A stretch of DNA of 64,000 nucleotides from Lingula anatina (GCA_051362555.1 JBPQGU010000016.1:2356001-2420000), one strand, 5' to 3'. Numbered from the stretch's first letter, positions 37,198-51,389 are shown. The notes: generated from the sequence alone by a model not told the origin. Translations and numbers: made by a program.

Positions 37198-40100
37198 AAT
37201 TTCTTTAAGAAAATGTATTAAGTGTCATATTTCCCCCCTCCGTTTTTCAGGTAGCCAAAAAGCTGGCAGGAGAGGCTGCAGGCTCAGCTGCCTGGTGCAC
37301 CAACGTGGGCAATGAACACGGCCAGGTACTGACCTCAGTACTCACTGCTCAGGAGGGAGCTGGCCTGACCAAGATGGCCCAGGGCCTCGTGAGGCGGTAC
37401 CAGCTCAGTGAACAGCCTCCACCCAAGGTGATGTATGTTGACAGGGACTGCTGCTCCACCTCCGGTCCCTGCAATGTCAAGAAGCTGTTTGCTGGCTGGC
37501 CCCATCTGGTGGTGCGACTGGACGTGTGGCACTTCATGCGCAGGTTCGCCTCCTGTGTCACCACGGAAAGCCACCCACTATACGCCGTCTTCATGAAGAA
37601 GTTGTCTGCCTGCATTTTTGAGTGGGACGCAGATGATCTGGCAGCACTTCGAGATGCCAAGCTGGGCCAACTACAACTACAGGGCGCTGGCGTCAGCCCA
37701 GACAACATCATGCAGCACATCTCGCGCAAGGAGTTAGAGAAACACTGCCGTCGCCGCACCCGCGGTGTAGCTGAAACCACTCGTCTCTTGCAGTCGCTGG
37801 TCGACACGCTGGACAGTGATCAGGGGTGCGACGCGCTAGGAGTACCTCTCCTTGATCACGAGAGAGTGCAAGACATGTGGGCCTCTCAACAGCGCCACAT
37901 ACCATGCCTCCAGGACGTCGAAGGGGTCTCTCTGTACACCCAGACTGGAACTCTGAGGAAGGGCGGGAAGGAGCTGAAGGTCTACAGGTGTGCGAGGGGC
38001 TCAGTTTCCCTGGAGAGCTTCCATTCTCATATTGTTAGATTCATTCCCGGTAAGCACAACCACACACACCGACAGACTGCTTGGTTACCTGAAAGTAGAT
38101 TTAAAATCACTTTAGACTGACTTAATTTTGATGCATTGGTACTTGTTAAATTAAACTTAACATTTTTGTTGAAAATTTGTGGTTATTGAACACTTGCAGC
38201 TAATTTTCTCCCTTTTTTCTTGTTTTTAACAGGACAAAGTGCCTCTGCCACAAATTTCCAAGCCTACATCCTGGAAGGAATTGTTCGGTGGAACCAGGAT
38301 CGTGCGCTGGCCGCAATTGACAATGGGGACACCGAACTTCGCTGCTATGATGGACAGCTCGTCCAGGCAGTGAACCATCTGGGAGAACGGGTGCTTGGCA
38401 ATACCATCGTGCCAAATGCTGTGGTCCCCAGGAAATACACTGGTAATTAAAGTGATTTAGGTTTCGTGTAATTTATAGGAATATAATTAGTTTAGATGTA
38501 ATTGCAGCCAAGAAATTATTTTTGGAAAAAATAAATAAATAAATAAATAAATAAATACATGAAAAAAAAAATGAGGCCTGCTACTAATAATTCTCTCATT
38601 TCTCTCTTTACTTCCAGGTGAGCTTCTAGGGTGCGAGTACCTGCTCGATCAGACGGGAAAGGCCCTAGAACCTGTAAAACTGGACCCAGATGCACCCGAG
38701 GAGGAGGTTGTCGAGACAGTGGAGGAAGATGCTGATGATGAGGGGTTCTCTGAAGACTGTGATCCCACAATTGCAGATGCTGACGAGGACCCTGTATTCC
38801 ACATCCCTCCCAGACCACACACCTCCTCCGTGACAGAGGCAACCAATACCTCTCCACCCAGAGAAGGTAAATTTTTAGATTATTACTATTGTAATTATTA
38901 TTATTATTTCTTTATTATTATTATTATTTTTCTTTATATGTTAATTCCAGATATGTAGCTATGCAAGTCAGTTGCCCTGTTCTGTTCACACAAGGTTATT
39001 TTATTTATTTTTTTTTTTTTTCAGGTGATATTTCTTTTTTCCCCTCCCCCCTCATTATATCGGCATATTTTTTTTTTACTTTCCAGAAGAGGTGCCCCTT
39101 GAAGAACCAACACCCAAGGTAGATGAGACTTCAGAGTCAGTGGACAGACATCATATCCCCGGTTATGATGCCGTAACGAAGCTGGCTTCTGTACTCGTCT
39201 CCCTACGTACCATCGAGAGGGAGTGCCTCCTAACCGAAGATGTGGAGAAGATAATCCACCACTGGGAGGCGTTGCCAGAAATGGACAAACAACGCCTCCG
39301 TTACACTCCACACTTCAAGAGGAGGCACACAAAGGGGCGATTTGCCTCTTCCAAGAACACCATCACTCCTGGGGTGGAGAGTGTCAAGAAGTAAGTTTTT
39401 TTTTTTTTTTTTTCAGCTAAGATTGTATTAACACTTATTTTTCAGAAGATATTGGCATGAAATAGACCAAATAATAATAATAATAATAATAATAATACAA
39501 GAAAAAATTAAGTTTTTCCTTTGTACTTTCAGGTGCATGCTGGGGACTGGCACCCCTGCGCGTGAGCCTTCCGAATCCAGGGTAGTGGAGGCCGTCATAA
39601 TGCAACTAATGGAGGCCCATGATGCTCCGTGGAAGGGAGGCAAAAGACAACACCCGTGGGGAGTCATCATGCGGGACTATGAGAGGATCACCAGGCTCCT
39701 TTTCAACAACGCCCGTGTGATGGAAAAAACAACCCTCCAGCTCTTCTCCATAAACATGAGGACACTACATACATGGTAATTTCTCAACTGACTCGACTGT
39801 CACAGCAACATTGTAAAATGTTAATTCCTCACTTAAATTAGATTCCTGAAAAGTCACCAATTAAACTGATACAATGATATTGCTAGTGCTTTTTTTTTTT
39901 TTTTTTTCCAATTTCATTTCAGTTTTTATTTTTTATTTTCTTTCAGATTTAAGAATATTTAAAGATTATTTCCTGATTATTCTTTTTTTTTCTTTTCTTC
40001 CATAGGCACAACAGGACTACAGATGAGCAGTACAGGGCCTCCCTTCTACAGGGGATGTCCCTGCCCGCTCCTCCTGCAACAGCAACAACACCGCTGCCTG

Positions 40101-40621
40101 CTGCCAGGCAGCTGCTACCGCGGCTGCCAGTGCCCTCTGGAACACCGCACCAGTACCACCTGCCTAAAGACACCACAGGCACTGCGGTGCTGAGAAGAGA
40201 TGGGAAGAAGAAGAAGAAGAAGAAGATGAAGCCAGCCCGCGCAACAGAGACACAGTCCAAACAAGTGGTCGTGGTCCCACAACCTGTTGGATTTTTTCCA
40301 CCTGGCATTCTGCCGCACCAGTTGGCACCAGCACCCGCCCAGTGGACCACCTTCGCACCCACGGTGATGACCCCAATACCAGGTTTTCCACCCTGGTCCC
40401 AACCACTTCCACAGTCAACTACACCAGCTCCGGTTGTGGCTAAGAGGACCAGAAAAACAAACAACTGTAAGAAATGTGGAAAACCACGCAACATCCAGGC
40501 GGGTCATAGCGGCTACCGTGGCCATACATACTGCCCTGACAACGCAGAGGGCCTGACGTACTTAGCCTGGAAGGAACGAATGAAGGCCCTCTTAGAACAA
40601 CAACAACAACAACAACAGTGA
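33383..40621 (+). CDS. Dada-type DDE transposase, 13 exons, ~1,363 aa (intact)
   Basis: Manually spliced GT-AG exons: 33383-33395, 33623-34005, 34489-34711, 34829-34939, 35063-35212, 36153-36615, 36764-37091, 37251-38049, 38233-38442, 38618-38866, 39087-39390, 39533-39775, 40006-40621. Total 4,092 nt with consistent phases. Kozak-like caacATGG start. Motifs: FGKYRG; CxxxxC...CxxC; KMDSTKK (D); YVDRDCC (D); RLDVWH (DxxH); SLESFH (E); acidic tract; K7 NLS-like run; C-x2-C-x9-H-x8-C; terminal polyQ. Confidence 0.9.
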
Positions 40622-40809
40622 GGGCAGTATAAATAAGGACTGTGTCTTCCCAAAATGACATTATTCTCGACAGCTGGAGTGTCATTTTTTATTTAATTAT
40701 ACAAAGACAGCTGGACTGTCATCATATATTTATACACAGACAGCTGGACTGTCATTAATGCAACAAACAATGCAAGGGAAGTGTGCAATAGCTTGGTTAG
40801 CTGGCAATT

Positions 40810-41252
40810 CACTTATTCAAGGATAGCTGGACTATCTCTTATTTATTCAATGCAACTGCAATGCAAAAACAACTGTGCAATAATTTGTTCCAAGATAGCT
40901 GGACTATCACCTACTTATTCAATGCAACTGCGATGCAAAAACAACTGTGCAATAATTTGTTCCAAGATAGCTGGACTATCACCTACTTATTCAATGCAAC
41001 TGCGATGCAATAACAACTGTGCAATAATTTGTTCCAAGATAGCTGGACTATCACCTACTTATTCAATGCAACTGCGATGCAAAAACAACTCTGCAATAAT
41101 TTGTTCCAAGATAGCTGGACTATCACCTACTTATTCAATGCAACTGCGATGCAAAAACAACTGTGCAATAATTTGTTCCAAGATAGCTGGACTATCACCT
41201 ACTTATTCAATGCAACTGTGATGCAAAAACAACAAGACAGCTGGACTATCAT
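40810..41252. repeat. 72-bp minisatellite (copy 5)
   Basis: GATAGCTGGACTATC at 40822, 40894, 40966, 41038, 41110 and 41182. Confidence 0.95.
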
Positions 41253-41353
41253 CTATTTATATATATATATATATTAAAAAAAAAATCACTGACTTATTTC
41301 AATCATTTATGCAACTACAACGCAGAAAAAAACTGCTATCTGCATTGAGGTTC

Positions 41354-41359
41354 AATAAA
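41354..41359 (+). terminator. Candidate polyadenylation signal AATAAA of the transposase mRNA (a second one at ~41431)
   Basis: First AATAAA I found after the stop codon, followed by T/GT-rich sequence; it would place the minisatellite in the 3' UTR. Confidence 0.45.
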
Positions 41360-42134
41360 TTTGATTCATATACAACCTGCATTCTTTGTTTCAATTTGTA
41401 TATTGATTTTAAAAAAAACAGTAAACTGAAAATAAAACGGAATTTGTACATTTAATTTAATTTTGATGAACAGTACAAGTAAATTGAAAGTAGAATGCAG
41501 AGCACGTTTCTGTATTCCCCCCCCTCCCCTTCTTTCCCCACCACGATCTCAACTGTAGCAATCTGTCACAACCAAGGTTATTTACGTTTTTTTAGCATGC
41601 AAACGCATTAGGCGACGCTATTCAGCCAAGATCTGGGTCTTAACTCCTACTTAACTCCTAGAGGGCGCAAGTTTGGCCCGTTTTTGGCGATTTGCATTTG
41701 CATACACATGCACTTTCGTTATGCACTTTCGTTATAACGCCGGGCACTTTCGTTCTGTATTTTGATGCTGTGTTTTGTTTGCGTTTGTCAATTTGCTACT
41801 TTGTAGCACATTTCTCAACTGCAGGAGCAGGAGAAGGGCCTTTTTTGACGATGTTAACGGTCATTTGGCCGTCGGCTACTGTGACACGGTCATGTGACCA
41901 CAACAAACCGCAATGTTTACAGGAACTAGGCGTGGGGTCCTTTCTTTAGGGGGGAACCATTCACCCGGCCACGGCAAACATTCCAGGTGCGCACTAACGT
42001 TTTTAATCGTTTTTGGGGCTTGAAACGCATCTGGTGCCAAGTTGCGCGCCGAAATTGCCCCATCCGCCCCGGGATTTTTGGCGTAATTTTCGCATTTTTT
42101 GCCTTTTTCTTTTTTTCTTTTTTGCGCTGGGCCG

Positions 42135-42189
42135 ACAGAGAAGATTGAGTGGGTTCCTTTGCGCAGGGGACATGCGTAGCTTCTCTGTA
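42135..42189 (-). other. Unit junction (U6 mimic / GCGCAA / inverted repeat), inverted
   Basis: Reverse complement of 382-436. Confidence 0.92.
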
Positions 42190-42384
42190 GAGTGACCCCG
42201 AATCACATGACGACTCATGCATACGTCATCGCTGATTTTCCTCAAATCAGCGATTCCAACCAATCACAAACCCAAAATCAGCGATCTGGTCGAAAATCAG
42301 CGATGACGTAGGCGAAATCAGCGAATTACGGCCGCAGAAAAGAGGTCACGTGGTACAGGAGTCGTCAAGCACAAGCTATTCAAC

Positions 42385-45300
42385 ATGGCGACAAGAGGTA
42401 AGTTTTCTCTCGACTCAGCGATTCACCTGCCCGTTGCTCGCTTTAAACGGACTAGATAATTTAAACACCGACACCGATGAAAAGCTCAAGTAGTACCGAG
42501 CACGCCGACGTATCAGTCGGCGCAACCAGTTGCACCTTTCCGCTTTTATCGCAATAATTACCTTTTCGCGGGAAAAATCCACGTGGGTGGGTGCTCGACA
42601 TGACATGTCTGGATTTCTTTGCAGATGAACCGAAAACGCCACTCCCCTCGACCAGATCAAGCGACCCAGTGTTCAGGAGGAGGTCGGATGGAGCACTGAC
42701 GCTCGGTGAGAGTAACGCCGCGAGGAGGGCTGCTGCTTCTGCAGCCACTGCCTCCCTCACCGCCGCTGCCAAACCACCGGAGAAGGTTGCGGAGGAGGCC
42801 AGGTCTGCAGTCATCCAGCTCGGCCTGGATGTCACCGACAAGAAACACCTTCTGGGGCATCACAGGCTGCAGTTTGGAAAATACCGGGGGCAGACCTTCC
42901 GGTGGCTGGTCGAGAACTCCCTGGGGTATGCCGCCTACTTGGCAGAGAGTCTGAGCAGGGAGACTCCACACCCCGGCCCGCTGGGTGTGAACAAATACAA
43001 GCTCAAGGTAAAATCTTTCCTTTTAAATCTTTTTTGATTGCCTTACTATATGTAATGTGTAAGGTATTGAAAGATTGAAAGTAATGCCCCATGGTGTAAG
43101 GTTAGTTGTCTGCACCCCCCCCCCCCCCTCCCCATGTCTTTTATAAGTCTTTCATTGGTGTTATACTGGTTTGTGGTGAATAATACTTCAAGTATTCAGT
43201 TACTGTGGATACAGACAAACATCATAGTTTAAGTATCTGACATATCTGTCCTCAAGTCACTGATATCTAGTATTGTTAAAGTGGTCTTGTAACACAAACT
43301 AGTCGGACTGAAGGTCACCTCCCAGGAAAGGTACAACGCATTGTTTGTATCTTAGCACACACAGTAATATAAATCAGTTGTACTAGTTTCCATTATTGAA
43401 AGAGATGATAGTAATTAACATTCATTTCAATTGGACAATGCCTTTATTGTCAGGGTACCTGTCTTAATCACCTTTATTGACTTCACATAGGAGTACCTTG
43501 AGCTGTTCCCCCAGGGTCGGGAGGCTATTGCTGCCAAGACCAAGGAGAGGCAGGCAAAACCCACACCACCTGCCAAGCCTGTCCCAGTATCCTCCAGCTC
43601 ACTTCAGAGCCTCATGGTCGGCAGTCATCTGTCACCAGCAGGGCTCAAAGCTGGAGTGAAGAGACAGCTTGGTCCCCCAGGGCCAACACCCAATCTTAAG
43701 AAATCAAGAAGAGGTAAATGACACATGTATTATTACACACATTTTTTTTTTTTTTTTTTCAAATTTAATAGTTGATGTGTGCTTCTGTATCAGTGTATTT
43801 ATTCCGTTATTCATTTTTTTTTTTTTCCAGCAACGGCGACCCTGCCCAAGTCTGAGGATGTGGAAGTGGTGGACGCCCCCCTTCCTGCCCCAGACAGCAC
43901 CAACACCGCCGTTGCCAAGAAACCTAAACCCACCACCAGAGGTAAATGTAATTCATGGTAATTTCATTGACGTAAGGACCCTTGTTTTAAGAGTAGCTTT
44001 CTAACATCTTTTTACAGTTGTTGCCACTTTTACTTCAGTATATTCTAATTTTGTTCATTTAAAGCGACAGCCGTAGACCCTGAGGAAGTGAGCGACTTGG
44101 AACGCCCAGAGCTACCTGTCCCTGCCTCAGCTGGTGCTGGCACCAGTACAGCTGCCGCTCCTGACACCATACCCCAACAGGAGACCAAAAGGCAGAGCTC
44201 CCTGCCAGATTCAGGTAAAGACTTTTTGTTTCTTTTCCATGAACAATTTGAGGTCACAGCTGGGATTCAATTTGGAAATTAACCAGTCAATTCAATTTGG
44301 AAATTAACCAGTCAATTTTCAGTGAGCAAAAAGTTAACTCCTAGCTGCTGACCTTACATTAAGTGTTTTGTCTGTGACATATCACATACCGCCCCAGCCC
44401 TCCTGCCAAGGTGATGATGACAAGAAGAATTCCTTCATGAAAATCTGCACAGCTTAGATTGTGAATTTTAAGATTTTTTATAAAATTAATCGCGCAAAGT
44501 GTAATGAAAGAAAATAGTGTAAAACAGAATGTAAAACATTAAGAGTGTTCTATTGTTCTTGTACCTGTTTTCTTTTCACAGTCTTTGGAGGACAGGTGTT
44601 GGTGAGTTTGAAATCAAGCTTTCAGAGTTTTATTGTTTTATTTATTATTAATGCACACGTGGCTTATTCACTGACACTTGTAGCATGTGGTGTGTTTTCT
44701 TTTTATATGTTTTGGAAGGTGACAGCACAGCAGCAGCAGCAGCACTTTGGTTTTGTTTTCTTTTTCGCTTTTTCGCTTTCCTTTTTTTTTTTTTCTGCAT
44801 TACTGTGGGTTCCTTACTGTGAGGTGGTTGGTGTTTGTATTGCCTGTAGATTAGCATAAAAGAGCTGAACATGCAATAACTTTTTTTTGTTTGTGGGTGA
44901 TAAGGTTAAAGATATGAGGATGTATTTAAATGATAACTATTGACCATAAAGTAAACAAAGTCCAAGCAGTGATTAATCTGTTACTTTTAATAACCTCCAA
45001 TGCAGAAGATACATGATAAGTAAGAATGAGTAATTTTTAAAAGTAATGAGAAAGTATGTCAGCTCTTGTAAAGTGTGATATATGTTCATGATTTTCTTTT
45101 ATTTCAGGTTTCCCCCTCTATTATTTTGTACTTATTGCTCTTCACTTGTTCCAGTGCCCGTGGATGACACTGATCTGATCCCTCTGTCATGGAAGGCCAG
45201 CCTGCCACCACATGAAGCACAGTGGGTTTCCCGTGCCTTGTTTACCACCCGCCGGGGCCAACTGAAGCAAGAGCTGCAGCTGTGGTGGCACCCACCATCA

Positions 45301-46167
45301 CCCAGACTGGTCCACGCCCAGCCCCCTAGAACAGCAGGGCCTTTCTTCACCCACCCCTTCTTCCTCTGGATGCCACGCCGCATGTTCAGGGCTCAGCTGT
45401 CTTGCTCTGTGCCATCATGCAAGGGTCGCCAGTTAACATCCTGCGGTTTCTTCAAGACTGTCCGCCGCGTCCTTGACATCGATGGCTACTTTTACATGGG
45501 CACTGAGTACCTGGAGTGCGGCGCCTGTCACAAGAAGTATGCGGGTTGGAGTGGGGAAATCCTCCAACAGCTGGACGTGGCGACAAGGGGGAAATTTCCA
45601 GCACTGCTCACATACAGGTAATTTCAAAACTTTTCTTTTTTTTTCTTTTTTTAATTTATGGAATTCTTGCATTTAATATCAGTTCATTTGAAAATCTATT
45701 TCAGCGGACAAAATAACTCTGTCTTTACATTTATAACTTATTCTGTTCTTGATTCTTTGTTGCAGGTACTCTTGCTCTACCCGGGTAGTTTCTCTCCTGA
45801 GAGAGCGATCTCTTGGGAACAGCACTACTCGGCTGAGTAAGCAACTGTGTGAGCAGCACACCAGGGATTGGCTAAGCAGGGTAGCCAATTTCCTCTCAGT
45901 TGTAGACAAGTTTGCCAGCTCATCCCTTGTGCAGAGAACAAGTCCTCTTCAGCCGTTACCCTTTGAAAGACTCCCGGGGCCAGCATGGCTACAAACTGTG
46001 CTGGTCCGTGACGTGTTGTTGAGGCTTGATGAGATCAAAGCCAAGGTGACCTCCACCTTTGGATCCGTCTTGAAGATGGACTCCACCAAAAAGGTATGTA
46101 CAGTTTTTGTTCTGATTTGCTCTCTTAAACTTTGTACAGTGAACAGTTTTGAAAACAAAACAACAAA

Positions 46168-46199
<32 letters not shown>

Positions 46200-49100
46200 A
46201 ATTTCTTTAAGAAAATGTATTAAGTGTCATATTTCCCCCCTCCGTTTTTCAGGTAGCCAAAAAGCTGGCAGGAGAGGCTGCAGGCTCAGCTGCCTGGTGC
46301 ACCAACGTGGGCAATGAACACGGCCAGGTACTGACCTCAGTACTCACTGCTCAGGAGGGAGCTGGCCTGACCAAGATGGCCCAGGGCCTCGTGAGGCGGT
46401 ACCAGCTCAGTGAACAGCCTCCACCCAAGGTGATGTATGTTGACAGGGACTGCTGCTCCACCTCCGGTCCCTGCAATGTCAAGAAGCTGTTTGCTGGCTG
46501 GCCCCATCTGGTGGTGCGACTGGACGTGTGGCACTTCATGCGCAGGTTCGCCTCCTGTGTCACCACGGAAAGCCACCCACTATACGCCGTCTTCATGAAG
46601 AAGTTGTCTGCCTGCATTTTTGAGTGGGACGCAGATGATCTGGCAGCACTTCGAGATGCCAAGCTGGGCCAACTACAACTACAGGGCGCTGGCGTCAGCC
46701 CAGACAACATCATGCAGCACATCTCGCGCAAGGAGTTAGAGAAACACTGCCGTCGCCGCACCCGCGGTGTAGCTGAAACCACTCGTCTCTTGCAGTCGCT
46801 GGTCGACACGCTGGACAGTGATCAGGGGTGCGACGCGCTAGGAGTACCTCTCCTTGATCACGAGAGAGTGCAAGACATGTGGGCCTCTCAACAGCGCCAC
46901 ATACCATGCCTCCAGGACGTCGAAGGGGTCTCTCTGTACACCCAGACTGGAACTCTGAGGAAGGGCGGGAAGGAGCTGAAGGTCTACAGGTGTGCGAGGG
47001 GCTCAGTTTCCCTGGAGAGCTTCCATTCTCATATTGTTAGATTCATTCCCGGTAAGCACAACCACACACACCGACAGACTGCTTGGTTACCTGAAAGTAG
47101 ATTTAAAATCACTTTAGACTGACTTAATTTTGATGCATTGGTACTTGTTAAATTAAACTTAACATTTTTGTTGAAAATTTGTGGTTATTGAACACTTGCA
47201 GCTAATTTTCTCCCTTTTTTCTTGTTTTTAACAGGACAAAGTGCCTCTGCCACAAATTTCCAAGCCTACATCCTGGAAGGAATTGTTCGGTGGAACCAGG
47301 ATCGTGCGCTGGCCGCAATTGACAATGGGGACACCGAACTTCGCTGCTATGATGGACAGCTCGTCCAGGCAGTGAACCATCTGGGAGAACGGGTGCTTGG
47401 CAATACCATCGTGCCAAATGCTGTGGTCCCCAGGAAATACACTGGTAATTAAAGTGATTTAGGTTTCGTGTAATTTATAGGAATATAATTAGTTTAGATG
47501 TAATTGCAGCCAAGAAATTATTTTTGGAAAAAATAAATAAATAAATAAATAAATAAATACATGAAAAAAAAAATGAGGCCTGCTACTAATAATTCTCTCA
47601 TTTCTCTCTTTACTTCCAGGTGAGCTTCTAGGGTGCGAGTACCTGCTCGATCAGACGGGAAAGGCCCTAGAACCTGTAAAACTGGACCCAGATGCACCCG
47701 AGGAGGAGGTTGTCGAGACAGTGGAGGAAGATGCTGATGATGAGGGGTTCTCTGAAGACTGTGATCCCACAATTGCAGATGCTGACGAGGACCCTGTATT
47801 CCACATCCCTCCCAGACCACACACCTCCTCCGTGACAGAGGCAACCAATACCTCTCCACCCAGAGAAGGTAAATTTTTAGATTATTACTATTGTAATTAT
47901 TATTATTATTTCTTTATTATTATTATTATTTTTCTTTATATGTTAATTCCAGATATGTAGCTATGCAAGTCAGTTGCCCTGTTCTGTTCACACAAGGTTA
48001 TTTTATTTATTTTTTTTTTTTTTCAGGTGATATTTCTTTTTTCCCCTCCCCCCTCATTATATCGGCATATTTTTTTTTTACTTTCCAGAAGAGGTGCCCC
48101 TTGAAGAACCAACACCCAAGGTAGATGAGACTTCAGAGTCAGTGGACAGACATCATATCCCCGGTTATGATGCCGTAACGAAGCTGGCTTCTGTACTCGT
48201 CTCCCTACGTACCATCGAGAGGGAGTGCCTCCTAACCGAAGATGTGGAGAAGATAATCCACCACTGGGAGGCGTTGCCAGAAATGGACAAACAACGCCTC
48301 CGTTACACTCCACACTTCAAGAGGAGGCACACAAAGGGGCGATTTGCCTCTTCCAAGAACACCATCACTCCTGGGGTGGAGAGTGTCAAGAAGTAAGTTT
48401 TTTTTTTTTTTTTTTCAGCTAAGATTGTATTAACACTTATTTTTCAGAAGATATTGGCATGAAATAGACCAAATAATAATAATAATAATAATAATAATAC
48501 AAGAAAAAATTAAGTTTTTCCTTTGTACTTTCAGGTGCATGCTGGGGACTGGCACCCCTGCGCGTGAGCCTTCCGAATCCAGGGTAGTGGAGGCCGTCAT
48601 AATGCAACTAATGGAGGCCCATGATGCTCCGTGGAAGGGAGGCAAAAGACAACACCCGTGGGGAGTCATCATGCGGGACTATGAGAGGATCACCAGGCTC
48701 CTTTTCAACAACGCCCGTGTGATGGAAAAAACAACCCTCCAGCTCTTCTCCATAAACATGAGGACACTACATACATGGTAATTTCTCAACTGACTCGACT
48801 GTCACAGCAACATTGTAAAATGTTAATTCCTCACTTAAATTAGATTCCTGAAAAGTCACCAATTAAACTGATACAATGATATTGCTAGTGCTTTTTTTTT
48901 TTTTTTTTTCCAATTTCATTTCAGTTTTTATTTTTTATTTTCTTTCAGATTTAAGAATATTTAAAGATTATTTCCTGATTATTCTTTTTTTTTCTTTTCT
49001 TCCATAGGCACAACAGGACTACAGATGAGCAGTACAGGGCCTCCCTTCTACAGGGGATGTCCCTGCCCGCTCCTCCTGCAACAGCAACAACACCGCTGCC

Positions 49101-49623
49101 TGCTGCCAGGCAGCTGCTACCGCGGCTGCCAGTGCCCTCTGGAACACCGCACCAGTACCACCTGCCTAAAGACACCACAGGCACTGCGGTGCTGAGAAGA
49201 GATGGGAAGAAGAAGAAGAAGAAGAAGATGAAGCCAGCCCGCGCAACAGAGACACAGTCCAAACAAGTGGTCGTGGTCCCACAACCTGTTGGATTTTTTC
49301 CACCTGGCATTCTGCCGCACCAGTTGGCACCAGCACCCGCCCAGTGGACCACCTTCGCACCCACGGTGATGACCCCAATACCAGGTTTTCCACCCTGGTC
49401 CCAACCACTTCCACAGTCAACTACACCAGCTCCGGTTGTGGCTAAGAGGACCAGAAAAACAAACAACTGTAAGAAATGTGGAAAACCACGCAACATCCAG
49501 GCGGGTCATAGCGGCTACCGTGGCCATACATACTGCCCTGACAACGCAGAGGGCCTGACGTACTTAGCCTGGAAGGAACGAATGAAGGCCCTCTTAGAAC
49601 AACAACAACAACAACAACAGTGA
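42385..49623 (+). CDS. Dada-type DDE transposase, copy 6 (apparently intact, spliced)
   Basis: Exon ORFs in the ORF track match copy 5; ATG at 42385, TGA ends at 49623. Confidence 0.88.
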
Positions 49624-49811
49624 GGGCAGTATAAATAAGGACTGTGTCTTCCCAAAATGACATTATTCTCGACAGCTGGAGTGTCATTTTTTATTTAATT
49701 ATACAAAGACAGCTGGACTGTCATCATATATTTATACACAGACAGCTGGACTGTCATTAATGCAACAAACAATGCAAGGGAAGTGTGCAATAGCTTGGTT
49801 AGCTGGCAATT

Positions 49812-50255
49812 CACTTATTCAAGGATAGCTGGACTATCTCTTATTTATTCAATGCAACTGCAATGCAAAAACAACTGTGCAATAATTTGTTCCAAGATAG
49901 CTGGACTATCACCTACTTATTCAATGCAACTGCGATGCAAAAACAACTGTGCAATAATTTGTTCCAAGATAGCTGGACTATCACCTACTTATTCAATGCA
50001 ACTGCGATGCAATAACAACTGTGCAATAATTTGTTCCAAGATAGCTGGACTATCACCTACTTATTCAATGCAACTGCGATGCAAAAACAACTCTGCAATA
50101 ATTTGTTCCAAGATAGCTGGACTATCACCTACTTATTCAATGCAACTGCGATGCAAAAACAACTGTGCAATAATTTGTTCCAAGATAGCTGGACTATCAC
50201 CTACTTATTCAATGCAACTGTGATGCAAAAACAACAAGACAGCTGGACTATCATC
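49812..50255. repeat. 72-bp minisatellite (copy 6)
   Basis: Same array. Confidence 0.93.
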
Positions 50256-51139
50256 TATTTATATATATATATATATATTAAAAAAAAAATCACTGACTTA
50301 TTTCAATCATTTATGCAACTACAACGCAGAAAAAAACTGCTATCTGCATTGAGGTTCAATAAATTTGATTCATATACAACCTGCATTCTTTGTTTCAATT
50401 TGTATATTGATTTTAAAAAAAACAGTAAACTGAAAATAAAACGGAATTTGTACATTTAATTTAATTTTGATGAACAGTACAAGTAAATTGAAAGTAGAAT
50501 GCAGAGCACGTTTCTGTATTCCCCCCCCTCCCCTTCTTTCCCCACCACGATCTCAACTGTAGCAATCTGTCACAACCAAGGTTATTTACGTTTTTTTAGC
50601 ATGCAAACGCATTAGGCGACGCTATTCAGCCAAGATCTGGGTCTTAACTCCTACTTAACTCCTAGAGGGCGCAAGTTTGGCCCGTTTTTGGCGATTTGCA
50701 TTTGCATACACATGCACTTTCGTTATGCACTTTCGTTATAACGCCGGGCACTTTCGTTCTGTATTTTGATGCTGTGTTTTGTTTGCGTTTGTCAATTTGC
50801 TACTTTGTAGCACATTTCTCAACTGCAGGAGCAGGAGAAGGGCCTTTTTTGACGATGTTAACGGTCATTTGGCCGTCGGCTACTGTGACACGGTCATGTG
50901 ACCACAACAAACCGCAATGTTTACAGGAACTAGGCGTGGGGTCCTTTCTTTAGGGGGGAACCATTCACACCGGCCACGGCAAACATTCCAGGTGCGCACT
51001 AACGTTTTTAATCGTTTTTGGGGCTTGAAACGCATCTGGTGCCAAGTTGCGCGCCGAAATTGCCCCATCCGCCCCGGGATTTTTGGCGTAATTTTCGCAT
51101 TTTTTGCCTTTTTCTTTTTTTCTTTTTTGCGCTGGGCCG

Positions 51140-51194
51140 ACAGAGAAGATTGAGTGGGTTCCTTTGCGCAGGGGACATGCGTAGCTTCTCTGTA
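51140..51194 (-). other. Unit junction (U6 mimic / GCGCAA / inverted repeat), inverted
   Basis: Reverse complement of 382-436. Confidence 0.92.
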
Positions 51195-51389
51195 GAGTGA
51201 CCCCGAATCACATGACGACTCATGCATACGTCATCGCTGATTTTCCTCAAATCAGCGATTCCAACCAATCACAAACCCAAAATCAGCGATCTGGTCGAAA
51301 ATCAGCGATGACGTAGGCGAAATCAGCGAATTACGGCCGCAGAAAAGAGGTCACGTGGTACAGGAGTCGTCAAGCACAAGCTATTCAAC

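Larger units (their letters stand above)
33163..42158 (+). mobile_element. Dada-U6-like DNA transposon, full-length copy 5 (intact)
   Basis: Flanked by TTGCGC at 33157-33162 and 42159-42164; all 13 exons join in frame. Confidence 0.92.
42165..51163 (+). mobile_element. Dada-U6-like DNA transposon, full-length copy 6
   Basis: Flanked by TTGCGC at 42159-42164 and 51164-51169; exon ORFs match copy 5. Confidence 0.92.
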
